Virus record (IMG/VR): IMGVR_UViG_3300030207_002922
Coordinates: 1 to 28,180 of that record
Source of the DNA: a virus
Lineage: Duplodnaviria; Caudoviricetes
Length of the DNA: 28,180 bases
Strand: one strand, 5' to 3'
Shown here: in pieces, positions 27,998 through 28,180 of the stretch
Position numbering within the stretch: the first letter of the stretch is position 1
How the letters are laid out: each line of letters starts with the position of its first letter
Program-made: the position numbers and the translations under genes
The notes under the pieces: model-generated
What the model saw: the letters and a program-made list of their open reading frames with translations, nothing else
Told to the model about the DNA's origin: nothing
Databases searched by the model: none

Positions 27998-28058
27998 TTT
28001 AACACTTCCCATACGGGTAAGAGCAGCAAACGTGCTGTCCTTCTTATAATATATTTTA

Positions 28059-28076
28059 ACATAGTATATAAAGTTT
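28059..28076 (-). promoter_or_regulatory. Archaeal TATA promoter for the Sm-like/GT4/HAD/primase operon
   Basis: AAACTTTATATACTATGT, identical to 7044-7061, in an intergenic gap. Confidence 0.75.
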
Positions 28077-28082
28077 GTGGCA

Positions 28083-28178
28083 TTATATCCACTCTGCTAG
28101 TGATTGTTGCTTCTTATCTAACATGGTTATCGGTGGCTTTTTCTTTACAAACTCTTTCAAGCCAAATTTTATAAGTAG
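28083..28178 (-). CDS. C-terminus of a truncated gene ending in a PIP-box (PCNA-interacting replication protein)
   Basis: Open frame from the window edge: LLIKFGLKEFVKKKPPITMLDKKQQSLAEWI*. QQSLAEWI fits Q-x-x-L-x-x-aromatic-hydrophobic. Confidence 0.6.
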   Translation of the reverse strand, partial: LLIKFGLKEFVKKKPPITMLDKKQQSLAEWI

Positions 28179-28180
28179 GT

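Noticed and set aside
23016-28049. + strand ORFs in the right arm (23016-23363, 23425-23622, 23514-23816, 24913-25227, 27753-28049 and others)
   Set aside because: Antisense shadows of - strand genes; the Ser-rich 23514-23816 is just the reverse of the poly-Glu gene.
27907-28092. 61-aa - strand ORF
   Set aside because: Runs across the promoter and overlaps the Sm-like gene out of frame; no supporting motif.
1-28180. Diversity-generating retroelement, intein, homing endonuclease, tRNA, integrase
   Set aside because: No reverse transcriptase, no TR/VR repeat pair noticed, NrdJ and primase are uninterrupted, and intergenic gaps show no cloverleaf. Checked by eye only.

Overview
AT-rich, gene-dense fragment of a tailed dsDNA virus (Caudoviricetes, siphovirus-like: no sheath gene) that very probably infects an archaeon. 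It resembles viruses of marine Poseidoniales/MGII (magroviruses), which is an inference from gene content. Archaeal signals: BRE-TATA promoters, a GGTGA-type RBS, an archaeo-eukaryotic primase with a PriL-like C-terminal domain, and a PIP-box C-terminus at the right edge. The + strand (1-21180) is a translationally coupled morphogenesis module: LamG/beta-helix fibre, holin-like protein, head-tail adaptor/closure/terminator, a 500-aa unknown, two paralogous tail tube genes, a tail chaperone with a -1 frameshift site, tape measure, two very large tail-tip proteins and a hub. The - strand (21177-28180) carries a class II (B12) ribonucleotide reductase, primase, a degenerate HAD protein, a GT4 glycosyltransferase and small beta-barrel proteins. 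It also holds four micro-ORFs missed by the ORF track: two metallothionein-like Cys-rich peptides (17 and 29 aa), a Glu-rich 59-aa protein and an overprinted Lys/Arg-rich 49-aa protein. By manual reading, GATC and CCWGG appear absent throughout, and an 18-bp promoter motif recurs exactly 21 kb apart. No CRISPR, tRNA, integrase or reverse transcriptase was seen.
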